Positions 25,376 to 37,800 of a stretch of DNA of 64,000 nt are shown here, piece by piece. The DNA comes from Azolla caroliniana. Lineage: Eukaryota > Plantae > Polypodiophyta. The position numbers and the translations under genes are program-made. The stretch is taken from positions 20,646,001 to 20,710,000 of the forward strand of contig JBHGNT010000005.1 of assembly GCA_043228905.1 (NCBI GenBank), read 5' to 3'. The stretch's first letter is position 1. Each line of letters begins with the position of its first letter. The notes beneath the pieces were generated by a model. The model did no database searches, was not told the DNA's origin, and was given only the letters and a program-made list of their open reading frames with translations.

Positions 25376-25844
25376 TGTTGTCCGTCGGAATAGTAACCAA
25401 CGGACAAGAGCGCAGTAATATGGAATAGAGTAATATTGTAACGCATGTAAACGGTTCACGCGGGAAGCATGAACGGCTAAAAGACCCTGCATATATAAAG
25501 GCCAAAAAACCTCTGATAGAGGTAGCGTGTAATTTTGAATGTAAAAGGCGTATCTTAATAGAGTTCTATCTTCTCTGATATATGTGCGTATCTGTGGTTA
25601 ATCTATTGTGTGTCTGTAATCCTTGGTGGCGTAGCACAGTCGTAAGAGCGTAGGCATGAGTAACAGTGTGTGTGCTAGCCCACTATCTACGGAGCTCGGT
25701 TGTAGTCGTCTCCCCTATACGCTGCTAGGTTACGGGAGGTATCCCACTAAGTATTACGCACGGACGCTACCATTCGTTGTCACACAATCACTTTGAGGTC
25801 TAGGTCGAAGGACTGGCCGTAGACCGTGTTCCTAATCGGTAACA
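25376..25844 (+). repeat. Gypsy-2 3' LTR
   Basis: Direct repeat of 12264-12732. Confidence 0.93.
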
Positions 25845-25918
25845 ATTACATCATGTTTATCTTCATTATCAATGATCATGATTATCATTATCCTTTACCC
25901 TAACCCTAAAACCTACAA

Positions 25919-26600
25919 CAAGGTAGATTACCACGAAGTGATCGAGGTACTCTCAAAATATATCGTTCATAATGTGTTGGAAGACTGTTGGGGTGTTGGT
26001 AAGACCAAAAGGTCGTTTCCACTCATCCCTAGGCTTGATGCACACTAGATTGTAGGCTCCCCCCGCATATCGATTTTGGAGAAGATACACCCGGTTCGGA
26101 GTCGATAAAGGAGCACCGGAATTAAGGGCAAGGGATAATGATTACACACCATAACTTTGTTGAGACCCCGATAATCCACACATAGGCGTAATGAGCCATC
26201 CTTCTTCTTGACAAATAAAATTGGGGCCCCGGCCGGTGATTTGGAGGGTTAAATGAAGCCCTTCACGAGGTTGTTAGCCAGATATGTGCGGAGAGCCTCA
26301 AGTTCGGGTTCTGATAGCTCATAGATCAGGCCGAATTGTGGATGCTCGCCAACTTGGAGTTCAATTGGTCAATCGTAAGGGCAATGTGCCGGTAACCGTT
26401 TTGCATTTTGCTTCTCAAATATATCCAAAAAGTCACTATATCGTACAGGCAAATTGTTGACAGGAACGGAGATGTCCCCCAACAAAATGGCCAGTGTAGC
26501 GACCAAGCCGGAATCAGCCGCAACGGAATCAAGAGCATTTAGTGACCAACCGAAATCAGCCGCACCGGAAAAATGATGGAGCGATTGCACCAATCCACTA
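25919..26600 (-). pseudogene. Tcn1-like chromoviral Gypsy RT fragment
   Basis: Minus strand reads [70 protein letters not shown] and PFGLTN, and is truncated at VVIYL. Confidence 0.85.
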
Positions 26601-27337
26601 TCAGACTCACTGCACAAGAAGGCAATCAACTGTAGATAGATTTACAAGGTGAAGTATAATGTTGACGGCTCCGTCAACCGCTACAAAGCTCAACTCGTAG
26701 CGAAAGGATACGCACAAACACATGGACTCGACTAGGAAGAGATCTTCGCCCCGGTGGCAAAGATGACGACTGTGTGGACCGTAATTGCACTTGCAGTAGC
26801 GAAAGGGCGGCACCTCCATCAAATGGACATAAAAAACAACTTTCTTCAAGGAGAATTAGAAGAGGAAGTGTACATGGTACAACCACCCGGCTTGGAATCG
26901 AGCATCCATTCAAAAGCAGTCCGCCGACTGAAGAAGCCACTCTACGGCCTTAATCAAGCATCGCGTGCTTGGCACTCAAAGATAATACAATATCTTCATC
27001 AAATCGTCTTTCGAATGTCGAAATCCAAAAACTCCCTCTACGTACGAAATGACTCTGAAAGCCCGATTGTCATCATCCTATATGTGGATGATCTGGTCAT
27101 TAAACGTGAAAGTCTAGTCGACATCAACAAGGTGAAGTCCCTTCTCTCCAGCAAAATCGAGATGACGGACATGAAGGAGCTCCATTACTTCCTTGGCATC
27201 GAGGTAATTCGGACTCCAGCCGGTATTATGATCTCTCAGTGGCACTACATCCTCAACTTTTTATACAAGTTCGAGATGACTGAGTGCAAATCTGCGGCAA
27301 CCCCTCTCGATCAAAACCTCAAACTAGACGTTGACTC

Positions 27338-30300
27338 TGTTGGAGACGAGGTCGTCTATGCGGAAGATCAAGAAGCATTCGATTCTGTTTTGAATACCTG
27401 CGTATGATAGATTGTAGGTCGTTGCACAGAGATAGAGAGAGAGAGAGAGACACACACAAAAGACTTTCTATTTACAGAGAAATAATACAACACCCAACCT
27501 TACAAAAAGGTTACAAGGTCACTATATATAGTGACCGACTTAGGGCAACTACCCTTTATGCTAATTACACAAATGCCCCAAACTTGGGCTATACAAAGGG
27601 ATAGTGTGAATACGTCCATTATACACTTGTATTTGACACTCCCCGTAATGGGCGTATACATGGGTTATCTAAGATTACAGGTATAGACTTAGGTTCTCGG
27701 ACATATCAGCTTTGTTCGAGTCGGCAGGGTCCGAAGGCAGAAGACCGAACTGGTCGGGTCGGAACAGTTGAAGCCGATCATTAAGGAACTGATGTCGGTT
27801 GTCGGGAACCATCCTGCGTTGTGTCCGGCTCTAACCGGACTGGTTTGTCGTTACGCCCATCTGATGCCGAAGAGACCGAAAACGGTCTGCCGAAAGACAC
27901 TTGGTCATTCCATCTGCGACATTGTCGGTTGTGGATATTTTCTCTAGACCGATTTTCCCTGAAATGACGCAGTCCCGAACGAAGTGATATCGAACGTCGA
28001 TATGTTTGGAGGCGTTGTGGTGAACCGGATTTTTCGACAAGGCAACAGCACCTTGACTGTCGCTGTAGACAACTGGAGCCGAGTCATGGTCGACTTGTCG
28101 AAACGTGTGCGCCAGCCGACCGAGCCACAAAGCTTCTTTTGCTGCGTCGGACGCAGCTACATATTCTGCTTCGGTCGTTGAGGTCGTTGTGCACTCCTGA
28201 AGTTTCGACTTCCACGAGATTGCTCCATTGCCGAATTTGAAGCAGTATCCGGTTGTTGATTTCCGACTGTCTATACAGCCGGCGAAATCCGAGTCGGTGT
28301 AACCGACTACGCCTGAGGTTCGGTTCGGACCGAAAAGAATGCCGTGGTCTTTTGTGCCAGCCAGATATCTGAACACATGCTTGACTGCGTTCCAATGCGA
28401 TCGGCCAGGATTGTGCATAAATCTGCTAACGACTCCTACGGCATGAGAAATATCAGGCCGTGTCGCGACCATCAGGTACATAAGAGAGCCGACTGCCGGT
28501 GCATACGGTACCGACTTCATATCTTCCCCCTCCGGACCGGATGTCGGGCAGTCTCGCTGAGAGAGCCGAAGATTCATGGGGAGCGGGGTTGAAGCAGATT
28601 TGGCTGATTGCATGTTGAAGCGTTCCAAGACACGTCGGATATAGTCGGTCTGAGACAAAAAAAGATGTCGTTTATCGCGATGCCGACTAATCTTCATGCC
28701 GAGTATGTGTCGTGCCGGACCGAGGTCCTTCATGGCAAACTTCAACCGCAGTTGCCGAATGAGATCGGCAAGTTCGCCCGCGTGGCGTCCAGAAATTAGC
28801 ATGTCGTCCACGTAGATGATGAGGAAGATGGGTGATCCATCTTGAGCTGTGTTGGTAAAAAGACAATGGTCCTCATCGCTTTTTGAGAAGCCGATCGATT
28901 GGATGAAGTCGTCGAACTTCTTGTACCATTGTCGCGGTGCCTGTTTGAGGCCGTATAGACTCTTCCTGAGTCGGCAGACTAGATGTTCTTGGCCAGTTGC
29001 CACGAAGCCTTTTGGCTGCTCCATATAAATTTCCTCCTCGAGATCACCATGGAGGAAGGCTGTTTTGACATCTAGCTGAATCAGCTCCAAGTTGTCGGCT
29101 GCCACTACGCCGAGTAGAAAACGAAGGGTTGTCATTTTCACCACTGGTGAAAAAATCTCGTCGAAGTCGACGCCATATTCTTGTCGGAAGCCCTTCGCAA
29201 CTAATCTGGCCTTGTACTTTGGGGTGGTCGAATCAGACGTCTCTTTTAGTCGATAAACCCACTTGCAAGGAAGAGCACGTCGATTCTTAGGTAATTCGAC
29301 CAGATCCCAAGTCTTGTTTGCCCGAATGGAGTGCATTTCCGACTCCATCGCCAGATGCCAGGTGGCTGAATCGACAGATGTCGATGCTTCTTCGTAAGAC
29401 GTCGGTTCGCCGGCGTCGGTGAAGAAAATTCCAGGAGAATACCTCTCCGGAGGTTGCGACAGTCTCTCGGATCATCGAGGTATGATTGGACTGGTCGCAT
29501 CGGGTATCGTGGTCGGATGGTCCGAAAGCGGATTGTTCTGCTGTGCCGAGTCGGGGTTGTCCGAGTCGGTAGTGTAAGGTTCAGCTACCCGTGAAGCTGA
29601 CCGTGTGTTGAGAGCGGGGCCTTCTTGAAGGGTCGGCACATCGGAAAATGTTACCCTTCGGACTTCGATCGGTTTTTCGACTGATGGATTCATAGCCGAC
29701 TCGTTGAACACAACGTCCGAACTTCGAACGATTTGTCTGCGTTCGGGGTCCCAGAGTCGGTATCCCATTTCGCCGTTTGATCCATATCCAAGGAAAATGC
29801 ATTTCCTGGACTGAGGTGCAAGTTTTCGGCGATCATCTTTCGGAATAAGGGCGTACGCCTCGCATCCGAAGATCCTCACCTTGTCGTAATTCGGCTTACT
29901 GCCGATCCATAGTTCCTGAGGAATTTGAAGTCCTAGAGGTCTACTTGGCGACATATTGATTATGTGTACTGCCGTGAGTAGAGCCTCTGCCCAGAAGCCA
30001 TCCGACAGTCCGGAGTGTTGGAGCATGGAAACTATCCTTTCTTGGATTGTCCGATTCATTCGTTCTGCAATCCCGTTTTGCTCCGGACTGTGTGGTGCCG
30101 TAAGTTCACGTCGGATGCCGCGTTGTCGGCAGAATTTGACGAATTCTTCTGATTTGAACTCTCCCCCATTGTCTGTCCGAAAGCATTTCAGTTTTCGGTC
30201 GGTTTGATTTTCTACCATAGCGAGCCAATCTGAGAAGATCGAGAAGACCCGATCTTTGGTGCGAATTGGATAAGCCCACACCTTTCGAGTCGAATCGTCA

Positions 30301-32615
30301 ATAAAAGTGACGAAGTAAGAGGCACCGCCTAGAGACTGATGCGGCATTGGGCCACAGACGTCCGAATGGACTAAATCGAGAGGTCTCGTTTCTCTTGGTG
30401 CTGATGTCGGGTGTGATGCGGCTGCTTGTTTGCCATACTGGCAATGCTCGCAGAATTGATGGTCGGAGAAGGAGAGTTTGGGGATGTATCCGGCTCTAGA
30501 TAGATGCGTAATGCCGGCCTTGCTGAGGTGTCCTAATCTTCGGTGCCATAGTGATGACACAGGAATATCCACCAAAAACAGGTTACCCTCTCTGAGCGTA
30601 ACATGTAACGGATACAGGGAGTGTATCTTGGGTCCTCTAGCAAGTAGGAGGTTCCCCCTGTGGAGTGTCCACCCTCCCGAAGAAAAACCGGCACGAATGC
30701 CGTCTTCATCTAGTTGTCCGACTGAGATCAATGGCCTTGAGAGCTCGTGTACATGTCGGACATTGTGGAGTACAAGTGTAGAGCCACCTGCAAGGTTGAG
30801 CTCTACTGTGCCGATTCCGATGATGTCACAGTGTTGCGAGTTGCCGACTCGAACTGAGTCGGAGTGACGGATCGTATATTGCCGAAATTGGGATCGATGA
30901 GGAGTCACGTGAAATGACGCGCCCGAATCTAAGAGCCATGTGCTCGATTCTTCAGTCGTGAGTAGAACTTCTGATCCGACTGGATTTTCGATTGATAGTA
31001 TATTCGGGTCGTCTGGTAGCACATCAGCTGAGAAGCTGACGTAATTGATCTCCTCATGCCGGCCACTCTTCTTGTTGTTCTTGTTCTTGAGTGCGCGGCA
31101 GTCGGCTTTGATGTGTCCGGGTTTCTTGCAGTAGTTGCAGATTCGGTTATCCCGTGACTGGCTCCGTCTTCGCTGATTGTTCGGCGGTCGTGAGGAATCT
31201 CTTCCTCGTATGTTCGATCGGTCTGTCGAACCTTGTACTACATAAGCGTCGTCTGTTGAGTCTTTGGCGAAAGACTTTCTCTGAGCTGCTTCGGTCAGGA
31301 TTGCGCTCGTGACTTCAGAGTATTTAACAGCCGTGGTTGACGCATTGCACACAGTTGTGACGAAAGTTTCCCATGATGAGGGAAGGCTGCTCATGAGTAT
31401 CATTGCTCTGAGTTCATCCTCGATTGCCGTCCCCTGAGATGAGATTTGGGAGCTTATGCTTTCGTACTCATTGAGATGTGCTTGAACCGAATCGGATTCT
31501 TTCATCCGCAAGTTGTAGAGGCGCCGGATCAGAAACATCTTCGTTGCGGCGACCTTCTTTTCGTAAGTGTCCGACAGTGTTTTCCACAGTTCGAATGTTG
31601 TCGTACACGATTGCACCGTAAAGTATACCGATTCCGATAGGTGCATCCGAATCGTGGCGCGGACGATTCTGTCCAGCTTCTGCCACTCAATTGGTTTGTA
31701 TCCTTCTGGAGGTTCTTCATTTTCGATGGGATCGATTTGCCCCTTGACTATGAGATAGTCCTGCATTTGCTCCTTCCAGAAGTTGAAGTTCGATCCATCG
31801 AACTTTCGTAGACTCATTTCTGACGAGCCGGATGTTGATGCCATCAAATTCGGTTTCGGTTGACGAAGCTCGGTTCGGAGTTGACTACGAACCTTGTTGG
31901 AGTGCAGCCGGTTGGCTCACCCGATATCGTTCTAGTCGGATTTGAACCCGAGTCGGTTCGGCTTCGGAACTTGCTCGAATTGACTCCGGTAGCTTGAGGG
32001 ACAGAACCGACTGGTCTTCCCGAATGTTGCCGAGTCGGAGTGAGCCCGGTTCGCTTCGGATATATATGCCGAATACCGATTATTGAAACCGATTATCTAG
32101 ACCGATTCTGCTTCGGTTGACTGCAGCAACGAGAGAGACGGATCCAACTGATCCTCCCGAATGTCGATCAGCCAGATGAAGCACGAATTTAGGTTGTTGT
32201 CTTGAGACCGATCTGCACCGAGTGGTTACAATGAGCGGCGAGCAGCGTTTGATGACCTCTTCGGATGCCGTTTAACCGAATGGAGCACGATCGTGTCAAT
32301 GATGCACAAGGGGATTTCACCTCGAGCGGTTACGATCACAAGGGACAGAGTACAACCTGCTGGCTTACTCCAAGCGAAGATGATCTAACGCGATGAGATG
32401 CAAGCCTCGTTTCTCTTCTTCTTCTCTCTTCTTCGAATGACGCAGGAAACCGAATGCTGTGTAGGCTGAGACGACGGCCGACAGCGGATTGAAGGACCGA
32501 CTACTGTGCAGGCTCTGATACCAGATGTTGGAGACGAGGTCGTCTATGCGGAAGATCAAGAAGCATTCGATTCTGTTTTGAATACCTGCGTATGATAGAT
32601 TGTAGGTCGTTGCAC

Positions 32616-32649
<34 letters not shown>

Positions 32650-32833
32650 ACAAAAGACTTTCTATTCCACAGAGAAATAATACAACACCCAACCTTACAA
32701 AAAGGTTACAAGGTCACTATATATAGTGACCGACTTAGGGCAACTACCCTTTATGCTAATTACACAAATGCCCCAAACTTGGGCTATACAAAGGGATAGT
32801 GTGAATACGTCCATTATACACTTGTATTCGACA
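27338..32833 (-). mobile_element. Copia-B: full-length Ty1/Copia element
   Basis: LTRs 27338-27638 and 32526-32833 differ mainly in (GA)n length. TSD GACTC on both sides, PBS TGGTATCAGAGC at 32512-32523, short PPT. Confidence 0.96.
27831..31847 (-). pseudogene. gag-pol: Copia-B polyprotein, nearly intact (one in-frame stop at 29472-29474)
   Basis: Motifs CNYCKKPGHIKADC, WLLDSGASFH, RTDNGGEF, IYVDDML, GYTDSDFAG. ORFs 29472-31847 and 27831-29348 are in the same frame. Confidence 0.95.
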
Positions 32834-34870
32834 GACTCCGGCACAGACGAGTGTGAACCAACTCAGTATAGTCAATTGATTAGGAGCCTCATCTATCTCA
32901 CAATCACTCAACCCGACCTCCGCTATCCGGTCGGCCTACTTAACCAATTCATGCAAACTCCACGAGATATCCATTTGGATTATGCTAAGAAAGTATTACG
33001 ATACGTGAGCGGCACAATGGTTTGTGGTACTCTCTACGAATCAGCCACACCAATTCGATTCGAAGGGTACTTAGATGCCAACTAGGCCGGCTACAAAGTT
33101 GATTGACAATCTACCTCCGAATTTGTTTTCTCCCTAGGCAGCGGAGCGATTTCGTGGAGAAGCAAGAAGCAACCAATTGTCACTCTATCGAGTATAGAGG
33201 CCGAATATAGGGGTGCAGTCGTGGCTGCATGTGAAGTCGTATGGCTCAAGAGGATTTTGAAGGATCTAGGCATTCCCATCAAGGATCTGACTCCCCTTTA
33301 GTGCGACAACATGAGCAGTATTTATCTGGCTTGGAACCCGGTGTTCCACACATGCACAAAGCATATCGAAGTGCACTATCACTTCAATCGAGAGTGCATA
33401 TAGGTCGGAGATGTCGACCTTAAACACATTAACACGAATCTTCAGACAGGCGACATCTTCACCAAGTCCTTAGGAGACGACAAGCTTTGGCAATTCATGT
33501 CAAAACTTGGGTAGATGGTCCCTGACTTGCCAAGCTTGAGGGGGAGTACAAGAGAGAACCGAATAACGTCCAAACTGGATACCAGCCGAAGCGGACACCG
33601 AAGATCGTCTGTACCGGACATTAACTGTTGAGCGGACAAGCTCAACTGGATCCGGATCGGCTGAACAAGCCAGAGCCGGATCGAAGTCCGGAACAAAGAA
33701 CCGGATCGGTGTCCAGATGGTATCCGGAACCCAGAGCCGGATCGGATTGTAACCGGTAGGCCATTCGAGGCCTACGAATCTAGCCTAGTACATAGGCATG
33801 TGCCAGATGAGAAGCGGAGAAAGTTGGACCCAAAGTCAAAGAAGTGCATCCTTGTCGACTACGCACATGAGCAAAAGGGTTATAAGTGTTATAACCCCCC
33901 AAACAAAACAAGTTCAGGTGCGTCGAGATGTCGAATTTGATGAGTTGGCATCATGGTACTCTCTCTCGACTCTGATGTCCGATTCCAACCTGATTCCGGA
34001 CGATGAGGCCAATGAGCCCGAAATGATCCGGGTAGAAGAATAAGAAGACTTCGGTACTCTAGATGAGAGTCCGATCTCATTCCAACTAAGTGGGCCGCAT
34101 GAGCGATAGAGTCAAAATGACCAATCCAATGAAGAGCCGGCGAGTAGTGGTGACTCGGTCGTGCTCTCCCCGCGCAAGGAACCGAGGAGATGGTTCACGT
34201 GCAAGGAGAAGGGGAACAAGAAGATGCTGGGATATGGCATCTGTAGAGACGAGTCATATCGGAGCGAATTCGACTCCGGAAAGAACAAAGACGGACCTTT
34301 GGGAACGAATTTTGAGCCAGGCAAGAGGGCCTTGCAATCGGCGAACGCGAAGTTACACTAATCGACCTGCCAGAAGATCCCTATCAAAAGGTACGGATAT
34401 AATGAGTACATGGTGCATCACTATGCATACATGACGAAAGTGGCGGAAGTGGGTGAGCTAGAGAGCTACGCAGAAGCGGTAGAGGACGCACATTGGTGTG
34501 TCGCAATGGAGGAAGGGATGTTGGCACTTCATGCCAACGACAATTCGGACCTGGTTGACCCTCCCCGACATTGCAAATCGATCGGTTGCATGTGGGTGTA
34601 CAAAGTAAAGTACAATGTTGATAGTTCGGTCAACTGGTACAAGGCCCGATTAGTGGCCCAAGGATACGCGCAGACCCACGGAATCAACTACGACGAGACC
34701 TTCTCTCCGATAGCGAAGATGACGACAGTTCGTGTGGTGCTAGCGGTAGCGGCAAGGGGATGGCATCTTCACCAAATGGATGTGAAGAATGTGTTTTTTC
34801 AAGAAGACCTTGAAGAACAAGTCTACATGATCCAACCAGTCGAACAACAGGTTTTCAGTTGAACATGAAC

Positions 34871-37800
34871 TGTTGAGAGACAAGCTCAACATCGGCTGGA
34901 TCGGCTGAAGAAGCCGAGGACCGGATCGGTTGGGACCGATCGGTTAGGCCGAGTGCGTAAACCGGGAGGCCATTAGGAAAGATATTCCGTGAGGAATATA
35001 TTTGGGAGTTAGTGTAGGAGCTCTTAATGAGCATTGAAGTATTGTCAGTACTTCGGTCAGTCCTTCTAGGACTTGTATAAAAGTGTTCACTGAAGCACGT
35101 CGTATGTGTAGATTGAGTATTGTTGTTGAATATAGTTTTTTCTGTCTCTCCTGCGTACACCATGTAAGCTCAAGCTCTCCATTAAACCTGAGTTTCCTCC
35201 CTTCTGTTCGGTCTTCATACTTGCTTCCGCACGCTACTTTCTACATGGTATCAAAGCGCGAGGGTTGCGAACCTCTCTGCAGCCGACACAACTTGACGAA
35301 GAAGAACAAGAAGAACGATGGATAGAGGCATGGCGAGCTCACTTCCAACAGAGAAGCTCGACAGAACCAACTACACGTCTTGGTCCTACAAGATGCACCA
35401 GTACCTGCTCGGACACGGCTACTGGAGTTATGTCGAAGGAGCTAATGACGCAGCACCCGAATTGACACACAGAGACTTCCCATCGTGGGAGCAATCAGCG
35501 AGCAGGGTATTATACTGCTTCGCGTCGTGTGTGGGCGAACAGCTATTGAGCTATGTTCGGGATGCAAAGACGCCGAAGGGTGCGTGGAAAAATCTGAAGA
35601 AGATTTTCGCCGCGAGCACCAAAGCCAGGAAGCTTCAGCTCCAACAGGAGTTGAGCAACCTACGACAACGCGACTTGTCGGTGGCGGACTATACCTCGAA
35701 GATCAAGGATATCTGCGACTCCCTCGCCTCCATAGAGGTGAACATCGAGGAGAGCGAGATGGTCCAGATCTATCTCGGAGTTTTGGCGTCGAAGTTCGGA
35801 GCGTTCCGAACGGCTGTGTGTACCCGGGAGAATACGCCGTCCTTTTTCGACTTACAGTCGATGCTCCTGGTAGAGGAGAACCACGCGGGTGCGTCGACGA
35901 GCACGCACACCGACAGCAGAATGTTGTACACGGAGGGAGATAGGCCCCGTGGACGTGGAGGACGAGGCGAGTCGGCGCACAATGGAGGCGGCCGACGAGA
36001 TCAAGGAAGAAGGCACCGAAGTGATGCCGACAACAACTCTGGACCCTCCGGAAACAGGCGGAGTCGAAGCAATGAGAACCGGCAAGGGAAGGCCATCGCG
36101 GAGTGCTGGTACTATGGCAAGAAAGGCCACAGGGAAAGCAAGTGCTGGAAGAAGCGCGCCGATTCGGAGAGAACCGGTTCCGGAAACGGCTCCAGACATA
36201 CCGACAAGGGAAATCGGCAGCGATCGCACTACGCCGAAGACTCCGGGAGAGCCGGAGAAGGGTCTGTCTTCGTGACGAGACACGAAGCAAACTCAATGAA
36301 ACAAGGCACCCCGAGATCGGACGAGGTGTGGTACGTAGACTCCGGTGCGTCAAACCACATACCGAGCCATAAGGAGTGGTTCTCGTACCTTGAAAAACCA
36401 ATACAACCTGGAGTAGTCTCAACAGGAGACGACACTCCGCATCCGATCGCGAATGTCGGAGAAGTTCCCCTTAGCCATGTCGAGCAGAAAGGGAAACTCA
36501 TGAACGTGTTGCACGTCCCGACAATCACGAAGAACTTGGTCTCGGTCGGACAGATCGTCGACCAAGGGATGGAGGTCCGGTTTACACAGCTCGGGTGCTT
36601 CATTGAGGAAGAAGGCCGTGTGATTGCGCAAGGGCGCAGAGACGGGAGGATGTTCATCCTCGACTCCACTGACGGAGGCACCGCAATGTTCGCGAAGGGA
36701 CAAAAAGCCGAGTCGGACATCAACTTGTGGAACAAGCGGATAGGCCACATCAACCACCAGCGGCTTCAAGATCTGCAAACGAAACAGGTAGTGTTCGGAT
36801 TGCCCAAATTTAGTGGCCGAAAGGCACAAATTTGTGAAGCCTGCCAGCTCGGGAAGCAACACCGACTTCCTTTCCCGAACGAGCGAAACCGGAGCCGTAA
36901 CGAGCTCGACCTTATACACTCTGATGTATGGGGGCCGGCACAAAACGTTAGTCTTGGCGGGAGCCGATATTTCGTCTCCTTCATCGACGACAACAAGCAG
37001 CACACGTGGATCTACCTCATTGAGAGGAAGAGCGAAGTCTTCGACTGCTTTCGGGACCTCAAAGGGTTCGTGGAAACGGAAACGGGACGAAAGATCAAGT
37101 GCCTGCGGTCGGATGGCGGGAAAGAGTACTTTTCCGGTCAATTCAACGGTTATCTACAACAAATGGGAATTCGGCGCGAATTCAGTTGTAGATACACGCC
37201 AGAGCAAAACGGCGTGGCCGAGAGGAAGAATCGGTCAGTTGTGGAAGCGGCACGGGCGATGTTGGAGGAGAAGAGCTTGCCCAAGTTCTACTGGGCCGAG
37301 GCGGTAAGGACCGCGGTATACATCCAGAACCGGATCGGAGACAAAGTGTCGGCGCACGAGCTATATTTCGAAACGAAGCCAAACTTGCGACACTTGAGGG
37401 TGTTCGGTAGCATTGCGTATGTGCATGTACCGAAGGAGAAAAGGAGGAAGTTGGATGCAAAGGCCGAGAAATGCATCTTGGTTGGTTACTCGGACGAGCA
37501 GAAGGGTTATAAGTGCTATAACCCTCACACCAAACAAGCGCGTGTTAGTCGCGACGTTGTGTTTGACGAGTCCGCGTCCTGGTACCTGCCCCCGACTACG
37601 AACCTTGACTCCAATCCGAATTCTGATGATGAGGTCAGCGAGGCCAAGATGCCTCCGGATGAGCCCGAAATCGAGACCCGCGAAGAGAGTCCAATTTCAC
37701 TCCGGTTAAGTGGACCGATTGGACAACTGAGTCGGTACGACCAGTCCGATGAAGAGCCGGCGAGTAGTGGAGACTTGGCTGTGCATTCCCCGCGTAGGAA

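Larger units (their letters stand above)
12264..25844 (+). mobile_element. Gypsy-2: related non-chromoviral Gypsy element, RT/RNase H deleted, with extra 3' ORF; hosts Copia-A
   Basis: 469-bp LTRs at 12264-12732 and 25376-25844 (about 95% identical by eye), TSD ATTAT/ATTAC, PBS-like TGGCACGC at 12737. gag, PR and INT are homologous to Gypsy-1. Confidence 0.93.
11819..25917. repeat. Putative solo-LTR-like segment (~510 bp: 11819-12263 plus 25850-25917) split by the Gypsy-2 insertion; contains (CT)n
   Basis: TGTA...TACA termini sit where the flanking pol fragments stop. CAT-rich sequence continues across the Gypsy-2 TSD. (CT)n at 12049-12100. No matching TSD of its own. Confidence 0.45.
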
